Below are positions 9,425 through 18,171 of a stretch of 64,000 nucleotides of DNA, piece by piece (the first letter of the stretch is position 1; every line of letters begins with the position of its first letter). The notes beneath the pieces are model-generated. The model saw only the letters and a program-made list of their open reading frames with translations, was not told the DNA's origin and did not search any database. Made by a program: the position numbers and the translations under genes. Origin of the DNA: an uncultured delta proteobacterium. Lineage in GTDB: Bacteria; Desulfobacterota; Binatia; Binatales; Binataceae. The DNA is taken from positions 709,859 through 773,858 of the forward strand of contig CAWKOR010000002.1 in the NCBI GenBank assembly GCA_963851325.1, in the 5' to 3' direction.

Positions 9425-10198
9425 TCATCGCAGGTCGCGAGCTTTGGTCATGATGTAGAAGACGTAGCCGTAGGCATCGGAGTACTCGCGAAAGAGATCA
9501 TACTCGCGCGCGATTTCATCGAGGCGCTTTGCGATATCGCGGTCGTCTGCATAGCGGGCGCGCACTTTGCGCAGCCGCGCCTCGGCGGGTCCGTAGTAGT
9601 TGGCCCACCAATCCGCGACCGGCAAAGTGAATGCGCGTACGTCCGTATAACCAGCTTCGCTCGCGATGCGACGATTGGCTTCGAGCGTCTGCATCCCGGG
9701 ATAGTTGGTCGCCCAATAGTCCCGCGCCTCTTGCGGAGGAATTTCGACAAGCCACGTCAGCTCCGACACGACCATCGAGCCACCAGGCCTCAGAAAGCGG
9801 CGGCATCGGTCGAGTCCCGTGGCGAAGCCCATGATGTAGATGGCGCCCTCCGACCAGACGAGGTCGAACTCCTCATCGCTGAAGTTCATGTGAAACATGG
9901 ATTCGCATCGCGTGGTAATCCGCCCCGAAACCCCGGCCGCGGCGGCGCGCTCGACAAGTTCGTTCAGCAAACCTTCGCTTCGATCCAGCGCGACGATTTC
10001 GCCACCGGTTGCACGCGCGAGATCGACGGTTTGCGCGCCCGGGCCGCATCCGACATCGAGGATGCGCGGTCGCGGTGGCAGGTTGGCGACCATCGCAAGC
10101 GCACGCAGCGTGGCTTCCGTCGAGCCCGGACCCTGCCGCGGCAGCCCCTCGGTCAATTCGCGAAACAGGTCGATGGATCTATCTTTGGGCAATAGCAT
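9425..10198 (-). CDS. Class I SAM-dependent methyltransferase
   Basis: LPRQGPGS, ILDVGCGPG, FDLVWSEGAIY, YGYVFY. Confidence 0.9.
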   Translation of the reverse strand: MLLPKDRSIDLFRELTEGLPRQGPGSTEATLRALAMVANLPPRPRILDVGCGPGAQTVDLARATGGEIVALDRSEGLLNELVERAAAAGVSGRITTRCESMFHMNFSDEEFDLVWSEGAIYIMGFATGLDRCRRFLRPGGSMVVSELTWLVEIPPQEARDYWATNYPGMQTLEANRRIASEAGYTDVRAFTLPVADWWANYYGPAEARLRKVRARYADDRDIAKRLDEIAREYDLFREYSDAYGYVFYIMTKARDLR

Positions 10199-10320
10199 TT
10201 CCCGGTCTATGAGGTTGCAGGTGGTTCCGATTCACCGCTAGTAGAAATGTGCTATCATATGGTTGCGGCGCCAGCGATGGTGCCGTCGGTCGTTCAGGAG
10301 TCACCGGAAGCGAGGATGCG

Positions 10321-10646
10321 AAATTACACAAACGAACCCACCGCGGACATCGCGAGCGACGGTCATGACCGCCGCGCGAAGGGTCCTCGAATCAGAGTAC
10401 GAACAGCCTCGAGGTGCAAAAACAAACCCACTGCGGAAAGCGTCGTCGATATTCCCGAAATTACGAAACGAAGCCAAATTGTTGAGGAAAATCAACGCAT
10501 GTTTGAATCGCGAACCGGAGAAAGGGCCAGTTGAGGGAACCCACGCCGGCATCAGGCATAGTGGAAAAACAAACCCACTGAAGGCATCGGAGCCGAGGTA
10601 TCATGAGCCGCTACCCGAAGGCGAATTCGCTAAAACAAACCCACTA
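10321..10646 (+). repeat. Five dispersed copies of an AAAC(G/A)AA(C/G)CCA motif in a poorly coding intergenic stretch
   Basis: Copies near 10328, 10418, 10464, 10565 and 10632, all in the same orientation with variable spacers. Confidence 0.75.
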
Positions 10647-10718
10647 AGTTCAGGTTCGACGGACGATTTTTCTTGCTGCTAATTACCGACATGATGTCGA
10701 TAGGCGCGGCGCCGAAGC

Positions 10719-12335
10719 CTATTGCCAGCGCGACACCTTCAGGTTGACCGGGATGTCATCGCGCACCAGTTGCCGGATGTGGCAGCCGCGCTCGGCGACC
10801 TCGACCAGCCGATGCAGCTTGTCCTCGTTCTCGGAGCTTTCAACTTTAAGCTCTACTTCAATTTCCTTGACGTGCCCCTTCGCGTTCGCCCGCGCGACGA
10901 CCGAGGCCCGTCCGACATTCAGCTTGCGCACCCGAGCCCCCACTCGCAGCGACATCAGCAGGCATGATCCGAGAGCGCCGAGAAAGGTGGTAACCGGGTC
11001 GGGAGCGGACTCATCTTCGGCCGACGAACTCCACGCCATCGAACCGTTCGTGATGCGGGTGCGAAGACTGTCGTCGATCGCCTCGACAACGACCTCGCGC
11101 GGACGCGCCGCTGTCGCCTCCACCGCCTTGGCGACGCCGGCGAAGTCAGCCGCCTCAAGCAATGCTTTAACTTTCGTGGTGAAGTGCGAAGCCGCCGCAC
11201 CGTCGATCCCGCGATGGTCATACGCGATCGCGATGTGCATTGCGGGACGCACCTCGGGACGGCCATCGATCGCGAGGACCTCGTCGCGAATCGCACCCAC
11301 GAACATCAGCGCGACCTGCGGCGCGAAGATCACCGGCGTGCCGTTCTCGACGCCATACGCGCCGAGATTGGAGACCGTGAACGTCGCGCCTTCGAGGTCG
11401 GTCGGTCGAAGCCGCCGATTGCGCGCGCGCTCGGCGACCTCGGCGACACGCGCGCCGAGCGCCGGAAGCTCGAGGCGGTCAGCATCGTGGATGACCGGCA
11501 CGATGAGACCCTCGGGCGTGTCGACCGCGACGCCTAAATTGACCTGATCGAAGATGAGCATCTCGCCATTTTCGTAGTTGGCGTTGATGCGCGGGTTGTC
11601 CTTCAGCGCCTGCACCGTGGCCGCGAGGATCAGATCGGTAATGCCGATCCTCGCGCCGCGATCATTGATCGATAAGCGCGCGGCAATCGCGCGGCTCATG
11701 TCGACCCGCACCATCTGTACGAAATGCGGAATCGCATTCCAGCTCGCGGTCAGGTTGCGCGCGCCGACCGCCTGGATGCGAGTCAGCTTCTCGCGCCGCG
11801 ACGGCGTCAGCGCAGCGCTGGCGTTCGCCGCAGGAGCGGCAGCGATTGGCGCCGCGGGTTGCTCGGACGCGCGTTTCACATCGTCCTCGGTAACCATGCC
11901 ATCGGCGCCGGTCCCCGCAACATTCGCGAGGTCGATGCCTCGCTCGGCGGCCAGCCGCTTCGCGCGCGGCGATGCGATCACGCGCTTCGAGGCGATGCGC
12001 TGTGGCGACGCGGTTTCGATCTTCGCAGTCGAAACGTTGGTCGAGGTTGTCGCGGCCGGGCTTGCGCCGCCATCGAACTCGGCAGGCACCGCCTCACCCT
12101 CGGCGGTGATGACGCCCAGCGCGCCTCCGACCGGAACCACCAGGCCTTCGGTGGCGATCAACTTCGCGAACACGCCGGCGGTCGGCGCTTCGACTTCAAC
12201 CTGCGCCTTGTCGGTCTCGACGGTGAGGATCGATTCGCCTTCGCGAATCTTGTCGCCGGGCCGCTTGTGCCATTGAATAACGGTTCCCTCGGTCATCGTG
12301 TGACCGAGTTTCGGCATCTGGATCACGAACGCCAT
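10719..12335 (-). CDS. 2-oxoacid/acetoin dehydrogenase E2 (lipoyl, PSBD, acyltransferase) fused to a C-terminal OsmC-like domain
   Basis: ETDK43 lipoyl site, ASPRAKRLA, DHRGIDG; tail PDPVTTFLGALGSC458...VAERGC518HI. Confidence 0.88.
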   Translation of the reverse strand: MAFVIQMPKLGHTMTEGTVIQWHKRPGDKIREGESILTVETDKAQVEVEAPTAGVFAKLIATEGLVVPVGGALGVITAEGEAVPAEFDGGASPAATTSTNVSTAKIETASPQRIASKRVIASPRAKRLAAERGIDLANVAGTGADGMVTEDDVKRASEQPAAPIAAAPAANASAALTPSRREKLTRIQAVGARNLTASWNAIPHFVQMVRVDMSRAIAARLSINDRGARIGITDLILAATVQALKDNPRINANYENGEMLIFDQVNLGVAVDTPEGLIVPVIHDADRLELPALGARVAEVAERARNRRLRPTDLEGATFTVSNLGAYGVENGTPVIFAPQVALMFVGAIRDEVLAIDGRPEVRPAMHIAIAYDHRGIDGAAASHFTTKVKALLEAADFAGVAKAVEATAARPREVVVEAIDDSLRTRITNGSMAWSSSAEDESAPDPVTTFLGALGSCLLMSLRVGARVRKLNVGRASVVARANAKGHVKEIEVELKVESSENEDKLHRLVEVAERGCHIRQLVRDDIPVNLKVSRWQ

Positions 12336-12348
12336 AATTTAACTATCG

Positions 12349-13323
12349 CTATTTCAGCAACTCGCGGCAGGCCTGGTAGATTTTCTCCTCACTCGGGATG
12401 ACGAACTTCTCGAGGTTGCCGCCGGTCGGCACCGGCACGTCAGGCATCGCGACCCGCCGCAGGGGCGCATCGAGATATTCCAGCGCTTCTTCGAGTAGCA
12501 TCGCACCGATCTCGGCACCGATGCCCAAGGTTTTGTAACTTTCCTCGGCGACCACGATCTTGCCGGTCTTCTTCACCGAATCGATTATCGCGCCGCGATC
12601 GAACGGCACCAGCGAGCGAGGATCGATCACTTCGATACTGTGGCCGTCCGCGGCGAGGCGCTCGGCGGCTTTGAGAGCCTTCGGCACCATGTTGGAAATC
12701 GCGACCAGCGTGAGCGCATCACCCTCGCGGCGAATCGCGGCCTTGCCCAGCGGCACCAGATGATCGCCGCCTTCGGGCACCTCGCCCTTGGTCGCGTACA
12801 ACAGTTTATGCTCGAAGAACAGCACCGGGTTGTCGTCGCGAATCGCACTCTTGAGCAGACCCTTGGCATCGGCGGGCGTCGAGGGCGATACAATCTTGAG
12901 TCCCGGCGCGTGCATGAAAAACGCCTCGGGACATTGGCCATGCTCCGGCCCTACCCCGGCCGCGCCAGAGGGGCATCGGATCACGAGCGGAATCGTGTAC
13001 GCGCCACCGTGGCCATAGCGCCACATGCCCGCCTTGAGCACCACCTCGTCGGCCGCGGTGAAAAGGAAGTCGGCGAATTGCAACTCGACGATCGGACGCA
13101 GCCCGGTGAGCGCAGCGCCAACGCCCGCGCCAACCAGCGCATTTTCGGAAATCGGCGTGTCGAACACGCGCTCCTCGCCGAACTCTTCCTTGAGGCCCGC
13201 GGTAAGCCGAAAGATGCCGCCGAAATTCGCGACGTCCTCGCCATATAGAATGACCGATCGGTCGCGCCGCATCTCCTCGGCGATGCCCTCGTTGATCGCT
13301 TGAGCGTAGGTAATGGTTCGCAT
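12349..13323 (-). CDS. 2-oxoacid/acetoin dehydrogenase E1 beta subunit
   Basis: MRTITYAQAINEG, GEDV, DTPISE, QFADF, DAKGLLKSAIRDDNPV. Confidence 0.93.
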   Translation of the reverse strand: MRTITYAQAINEGIAEEMRRDRSVILYGEDVANFGGIFRLTAGLKEEFGEERVFDTPISENALVGAGVGAALTGLRPIVELQFADFLFTAADEVVLKAGMWRYGHGGAYTIPLVIRCPSGAAGVGPEHGQCPEAFFMHAPGLKIVSPSTPADAKGLLKSAIRDDNPVLFFEHKLLYATKGEVPEGGDHLVPLGKAAIRREGDALTLVAISNMVPKALKAAERLAADGHSIEVIDPRSLVPFDRGAIIDSVKKTGKIVVAEESYKTLGIGAEIGAMLLEEALEYLDAPLRRVAMPDVPVPTGGNLEKFVIPSEEKIYQACRELLK

Positions 13324-13325
13324 GA

Positions 13326-14291
13326 TTATGACACCGTCTCGGCGAAGACATCCTCGAGCGCCGACTCCGGCTTGGGGAACGGCTGCGCGCGCATGAACTC
13401 GCAGGCCTTGTCGATCGCGCTTTTCGCCTCCGCCTCGAACTGCGCCTTGAGCGAATCGTTGAGGACCTTCGCTTCGGTCAGCTTCTGCTCGTAACGAGGT
13501 AGCGGATCCTGGCGCCATCGCATCTCGACTTCCTCGCGCGATCGATAACTCTCAGGATCGCCAATCCAGTGTCCCCATAGCCGATACGTCTTGGCCTCGA
13601 CCAGCGACGGTCCGGCGCCGGAGCGCGCACGCTTCACCGCCTCGGCAACCGCGTCATACACCGCTTCGGGATCGTTGCCATCGACGATGACGCCGGGGAT
13701 GTCGTAACCTGCCGCGCGCGAGGCGATGTCCTTCGCGGCGGTGGAGCGCTCGGTCGGCATCGATACTGCCCATCCGTTGTTCTCGCACAGGAACACAACC
13801 GGCAGCTTTCGTACTGCGCAGAAATTCAGGCTCTCGTGGAAGGTTCCGCGATTCGAGGTCCCGTCGCCGAAGAAGCACAGCACCACCTGGTCGCCACCCT
13901 TCACCTTGATCGAGAGTCCAGCACCGGTCGCGATGGGAAAGCATCCGCCCAGCGTGCCGCTCTCGCCGAGCACGCCCAGCTTCGGGTACACCACCCGCAT
14001 CACGCCGCCCTTGCCGCGATTGGTCCCGCCCTCGCGGCACGCGAGGTCGCACAGGACCTTCTCCAGCGGGACGCCGCGCGCGACCCAGTAGGCCACGCCG
14101 CGATGCGCGTAGAGCAGGTAGTCGTCGGGCCGCAGCGTCGCGATCGCCGCCACCTGCAGCGCTTCCTGGCCGACGCCGGGATGCATGAAGCCTCCGACCT
14201 GGCCGGCCTTGATCAGCTCGGCGACGCGCTCTTCGAGCCGCCGGCTCAACACGATTTTGCGATAGATCTCGAGCTGGAGCTTTTGATCCAT
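13326..14291 (-). CDS. 2-oxoacid/acetoin dehydrogenase E1 alpha subunit (ThDP-dependent)
   Basis: GQEA, HRG, GDG..N...ENN ThDP motif, KTYRLWGH; RBS AGGAGG before ATG 14291. Confidence 0.92.
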   Translation of the reverse strand: MDQKLQLEIYRKIVLSRRLEERVAELIKAGQVGGFMHPGVGQEALQVAAIATLRPDDYLLYAHRGVAYWVARGVPLEKVLCDLACREGGTNRGKGGVMRVVYPKLGVLGESGTLGGCFPIATGAGLSIKVKGGDQVVLCFFGDGTSNRGTFHESLNFCAVRKLPVVFLCENNGWAVSMPTERSTAAKDIASRAAGYDIPGVIVDGNDPEAVYDAVAEAVKRARSGAGPSLVEAKTYRLWGHWIGDPESYRSREEVEMRWRQDPLPRYEQKLTEAKVLNDSLKAQFEAEAKSAIDKACEFMRAQPFPKPESALEDVFAETVS

Positions 14292-14473
14292 ATGCCGATC
14301 CTCCTGCACACCGACCGGGTTGCGTTGATCCTCGAAACCTAGCGAGAAGGAGCAGTTTCTACAAACCGTTCATCAGGCGAAAACATACGGTGGCTTCCGT
14401 TTTTCGTGGTTTAGTTCTATGAAGGATTGGTAAGCCAACAGCTTCGCTCCGCTCTTCTTTCAGGAGGTGAGCC

Positions 14474-16231
14474 ATGAGCGCCAACCAGTCCGATCCCACT
14501 TACAAAGTGACGGCCCAACGCCATCTCCCGATGCGTACTCGGGACGGCGTTACTCTCTACGCCGACGTTTACCGGCCCGACGCACCCGGAAAATTTCCGG
14601 TGCTGGTTTGCCGCACCCCGTACGACAAGAGCCAGGAGCTCGCGCTAACCGAAAAGGATTATTTTCCGCCTCGCGGTTATGTGCTGGTGGTGCAGGACAC
14701 CCGCGGACGCTTCAGCTCCGAAGGCGACTTTTACCCGTTCATCCACGAGGCGAACGACGGTTACGACACCATCGAATGGGCGGCCGAGTTGCCATGGTCA
14801 AACGGCGTCGTCGGCACCGTAGGACAATCCTACCTGGGACTGGTGCAATACTACGCCGCCCCGACGCGACCGCCGCATCTGAAAGCGATGTGCCCTGTTT
14901 CGGGACCGGTGACGTATTTCCAAAACTGCGTCTACCGGCGCGGCGTCTTCGAGCTGGGATGGATGCTGACCTACTTCACCTTCATGGCGCGCAACACGCT
15001 GGCGCGCAAGGGAATTTACGATCGCGAGGGGCCGATCCTCGACGCCTACCTGTCGCGGCCCGAGATTCCACTCTCCGCGCTCAAGGCTGAGGAGTTCGCG
15101 CATCTTCCGCTTTCCGACTGGGCTGAACGCCTCGGCAAGGGCGCGCCCTACTTCGCCGATTACCTGCGCCATTGGACGGATGACGGCTACTGGGCCGCGA
15201 CCGATCTGCGCACCAGATGCGAGACCGTCGCTGCGCCCATCCTCCATGTCGGCTCGTGGTACGACGCTTTTCAGTACGACACGCTGGCGATGTACACCGC
15301 CATGCGCGACAACGCCGCAACCCCGGAAGCGCGGCGCGGGCAGAAACTCCTCATGGGACCGTGGGCGCATCTACTGCCGTATGCGGTTCCGACTTCGCGC
15401 GGAACCGGCGACATCGATTTCGGTCCCGAAGCGAAGATCGAACTCCATGCCATCCAACTGCGATGGTTCGATCAGCATCTAAAGGGCCTCGCCACTGGAA
15501 TGCTGGAAGAGCCGCCGGTGCGCATTTTCGTGATGGGCGAGAATCGGTGGCGCAACGAATCCGAGTGGCCGCTCAAGCGCACCAACTACACCAAGGTTTT
15601 TCTCCACAGTCGTGGCAGCGCCAATTCGCTCAGCGGCGACGGGTCGCTGTCGCTCGCTGCGCCCAGCAGCGACGAGGCTCCCGATCATTACATCTATGAT
15701 CCAGCAAATCCGGTTCCGACTCGCGGCGGCACCACGCTCGGATTGCCGCCCGGCGTCTTCGATCAGCGCGAAATCGAGCATCGCAAGGATGTGCTCGTAT
15801 ATACCGGAGAGCCGCTCGCTGAGCCGCTGGAAATCACCGGGCCTATTTCGATGAAACTGTTCGCCGCATCATCGGCACCCGACACCGACTTCATGGCGAA
15901 GCTGATTGACGTGCGCCCCGACGGCTACGCACACAACCTCGCCGAGGGCGTGGTGCGCGCGCGCTTTCGCGAGTCGCTTTCGGATCCGTCATTGATCGCA
16001 CCAGGCAAGATTTACGAGTACAGCATCGATATGTGGGCCACCAGCCATGTTTTCAAACGCGGCCACCAGGTGCGGATCGAGATCACCTCGAGCAACTTCC
16101 CGCGCTACGATCGCAACCCGAACACCGGCAATGATTTCGGTGTCGATCGCGAATTGCGCGCGGCCCAGCAAACGGTTTTCCATGCGCCGGGAAGCTCGTC
16201 GCACCTCGTGCTGCCGGTGATCCCGCGATAG
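14474..16231 (+). CDS. CocE/NonD family serine hydrolase
   Basis: RDGVTLYADVYRP, RTPY, GQSYLG nucleophile, GPWAH, SSNFPRYDRN. Confidence 0.92.
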   Translation: MSANQSDPTYKVTAQRHLPMRTRDGVTLYADVYRPDAPGKFPVLVCRTPYDKSQELALTEKDYFPPRGYVLVVQDTRGRFSSEGDFYPFIHEANDGYDTIEWAAELPWSNGVVGTVGQSYLGLVQYYAAPTRPPHLKAMCPVSGPVTYFQNCVYRRGVFELGWMLTYFTFMARNTLARKGIYDREGPILDAYLSRPEIPLSALKAEEFAHLPLSDWAERLGKGAPYFADYLRHWTDDGYWAATDLRTRCETVAAPILHVGSWYDAFQYDTLAMYTAMRDNAATPEARRGQKLLMGPWAHLLPYAVPTSRGTGDIDFGPEAKIELHAIQLRWFDQHLKGLATGMLEEPPVRIFVMGENRWRNESEWPLKRTNYTKVFLHSRGSANSLSGDGSLSLAAPSSDEAPDHYIYDPANPVPTRGGTTLGLPPGVFDQREIEHRKDVLVYTGEPLAEPLEITGPISMKLFAASSAPDTDFMAKLIDVRPDGYAHNLAEGVVRARFRESLSDPSLIAPGKIYEYSIDMWATSHVFKRGHQVRIEITSSNFPRYDRNPNTGNDFGVDRELRAAQQTVFHAPGSSSHLVLPVIPR

Positions 16232-16280
16232 GTCCCAAGTATCGGGGGCACGAGGCTATCGCCGCATTGGAGGCTCGCCG

Positions 16281-17117
16281 ATGAAGAAGCAAACACTACT
16301 CGTTGCGGCTTTGGCCACGGTTTTGTTTGGCGCCTTTGCGATCTCGGGTGCGCTTGCTCATGACATGGAGGGGATGGACATGAGCAATGATTCCGCCGCC
16401 TCCGGCGACGCAGGCTCCGGGGCGGTCGGCGGGATGGGTAAGCACCTGAGCATGGGCGCGCACATGACGATGACCAAGTTGCGCGCTCCGACGGCCGAAG
16501 ATTCCGCTCGCGCCGCGGTGATCCTGCAGACCATGCGCGAGCAACTTTCTAAGTACCAGGATTACAAAGTCGCCGAGGCCGACGGCTACGAACCGTTTAT
16601 GGAATCGGTGCCGCAGGACGTTTACCACTTCTCCAGCAAACCCGCGACGCAGGCCGAATACCTCGGCGATGTGGACCTCAAGCGACCGGGCTCGCTGCTC
16701 TATGAGAAGAAAACTTTCGGCGGATACAAACTGGTCGGCGCAATGTATTCCGCGCCGCCCACTTACACCCCCGAGCAGCTCGACCAGATAATTCCGCTCG
16801 GCCTGGCGCGATGGCACGCGCACACCAACATCTGCCTGCCGGCGGGACTCACCGAAGCGGACGTGATGGAAGGTCGCATCATGCCGGCCCATCACCGCAT
16901 GTCAGCGGAGGACCGGGGCACCTTCCACCGTAGCGACCCGCGCCTCGGATATTTCGCGGATCCGCGCTTCGGGTTCACTGGAACGATCTGGCAAGCCGGC
17001 GAATGCGAAGCGGTGGGCGGCACTTTCCACCCGCAGATTTTCGGCTGGATGGTGCATGTCTATCCGTTCGCGGGCACCGATGACGTGAAGGTAGCGTTCG
17101 GAATGGACGCGCCGTAG
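16281..17117 (+). CDS. Secreted His/Met-rich hypothetical protein
   Basis: Signal peptide, HDMEGMDM, WHAHTNIC, GWMVHVYPF; coding-like codon use. Confidence 0.75.
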   Translation: MKKQTLLVAALATVLFGAFAISGALAHDMEGMDMSNDSAASGDAGSGAVGGMGKHLSMGAHMTMTKLRAPTAEDSARAAVILQTMREQLSKYQDYKVAEADGYEPFMESVPQDVYHFSSKPATQAEYLGDVDLKRPGSLLYEKKTFGGYKLVGAMYSAPPTYTPEQLDQIIPLGLARWHAHTNICLPAGLTEADVMEGRIMPAHHRMSAEDRGTFHRSDPRLGYFADPRFGFTGTIWQAGECEAVGGTFHPQIFGWMVHVYPFAGTDDVKVAFGMDAP

Positions 17118-17126
17118 CGTCGGCGC

Positions 17127-17771
17127 TCAGTTCACTGGTGTGATCCGATACGCGCAGCGGCGGGCGCCCGCGAGAATATGATCGATGCGCTCGACGCTCA
17201 CTTCGTCGCCCAGCACAGTTGAAAAAAGCCGCAGCTCCTCGCGACAGAGGCCTTGGCATGCAGTCGCGGCCGCACAAATCGGACAATGATTCTCGATCAG
17301 CAGGAATGAGCCGTCGCGCTGCCGTGCGGCTTCCGCCATATAGCCCTGCTCGGCGCGAATCTTCGCCAGCGCGCTGACGCGCGCCTCGAGCGACTTGCCG
17401 GCGGCGCGCAGCCGCTCTCCGTACGCCTTGGTCTGCAGCCGGGTTCGCTCCGCTATCAAACGCTCGATTCCGCGCTCACCGAAAGTCGCGCGAATTATCG
17501 CGAGCATCTCGACCGTCAGTTCGGCGTGCGAATCCGGAAATCGCGCCTGCGCACTTTCCGTGAGGCGCCAGATCCTTGCGGGACGGCCAACCTTGCGCCG
17601 TTCATCCTCGTAGGTGACGAGCCCACTGTCGCGCAGCGCGTAGAGGTGCTGGCGAACCGCCATCGCGGTCACCGCCAGCCGCTTCGCGATCTGGTTGGCG
17701 GCTTGAGGTCCCTTGCTTTTCAACTGCAACAGGATTCGATCAGATGCGCGATCGGACTCCATGCGAATCAT
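17127..17771 (-). CDS. Winged-HTH transcriptional regulator, SufR-like with a Cys-rich C-terminus
   Basis: AVRQHL...GRP..WRLT, ENHCPICAAATACQGLC..E, RRCAY. Confidence 0.88.
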   Translation of the reverse strand: MIRMESDRASDRILLQLKSKGPQAANQIAKRLAVTAMAVRQHLYALRDSGLVTYEDERRKVGRPARIWRLTESAQARFPDSHAELTVEMLAIIRATFGERGIERLIAERTRLQTKAYGERLRAAGKSLEARVSALAKIRAEQGYMAEAARQRDGSFLLIENHCPICAAATACQGLCREELRLFSTVLGDEVSVERIDHILAGARRCAYRITPVN

Positions 17772-17805
17772 CTTACCCTGAGTTCTTCATTCCGCAAGAG
17801 TTTTC

Positions 17806-17835
17806 TTGACATAGTTAGTAAAGGGCGTACTGTAC
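17806..17835 (+). promoter_or_regulatory. Sigma70-like promoter overlapped by an imperfect palindrome (candidate operator)
   Basis: TTGACA-16 nt-TACTGT; GTAAAG-N6-CTGTAC at 17818-17835, between divergent genes. Confidence 0.5.
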
Positions 17836-17893
17836 AAATGGTCGAGGATGATTGGCCGAGCCGAAGTTCAGGAAGGTTTCCAGGAGGAACGCC

Positions 17894-18170
17894 ATGGCCG
17901 CATTAGCCGACGCATCCGCAAGTTCTCGCGAAGCCTCTCACGAAATCTTGCGCCGCTGGATTCCCGCGGCATCGCTCGCCGAGCTCGAAAGCAAAGGGCC
18001 TCCTCACCGCCAAAGTGGACGACCAAATCGATGCGAGTGTCGCGAGCCATTTCATGATCGCGGCCGCGCGCTACTTCGCCGCGCACACGCCGACGGTGCG
18101 CGCGAAGGGACAGACCTTCCGCATCGCCGAACGGCTGCATTGCGGCGAGCACCTGTTCGACGGGGCATAA
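17894..18170 (+). pseudogene. Small hypothetical gene (~91 aa) interrupted by an apparent 1-nt insertion
   Basis: RBS AGGAGG and ATG 17894. After AAAGGG (17993-17998) the GC3-rich frame shifts by +1 (GLLTAKVDDQIDA...HLFDGA) and ends at TAA 18170, just before the next ATG. Confidence 0.6.
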
Positions 18171-18171
18171 C

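Noticed and set aside
10247-10682. ORFs 10247-10534 and 10263-10682 as proteins, or the region as a CRISPR array
   Set aside because: Atypical codon use and no clear RBS; the repeats are short (~12-16 nt), degenerate and irregularly spaced, and no cas genes are present.
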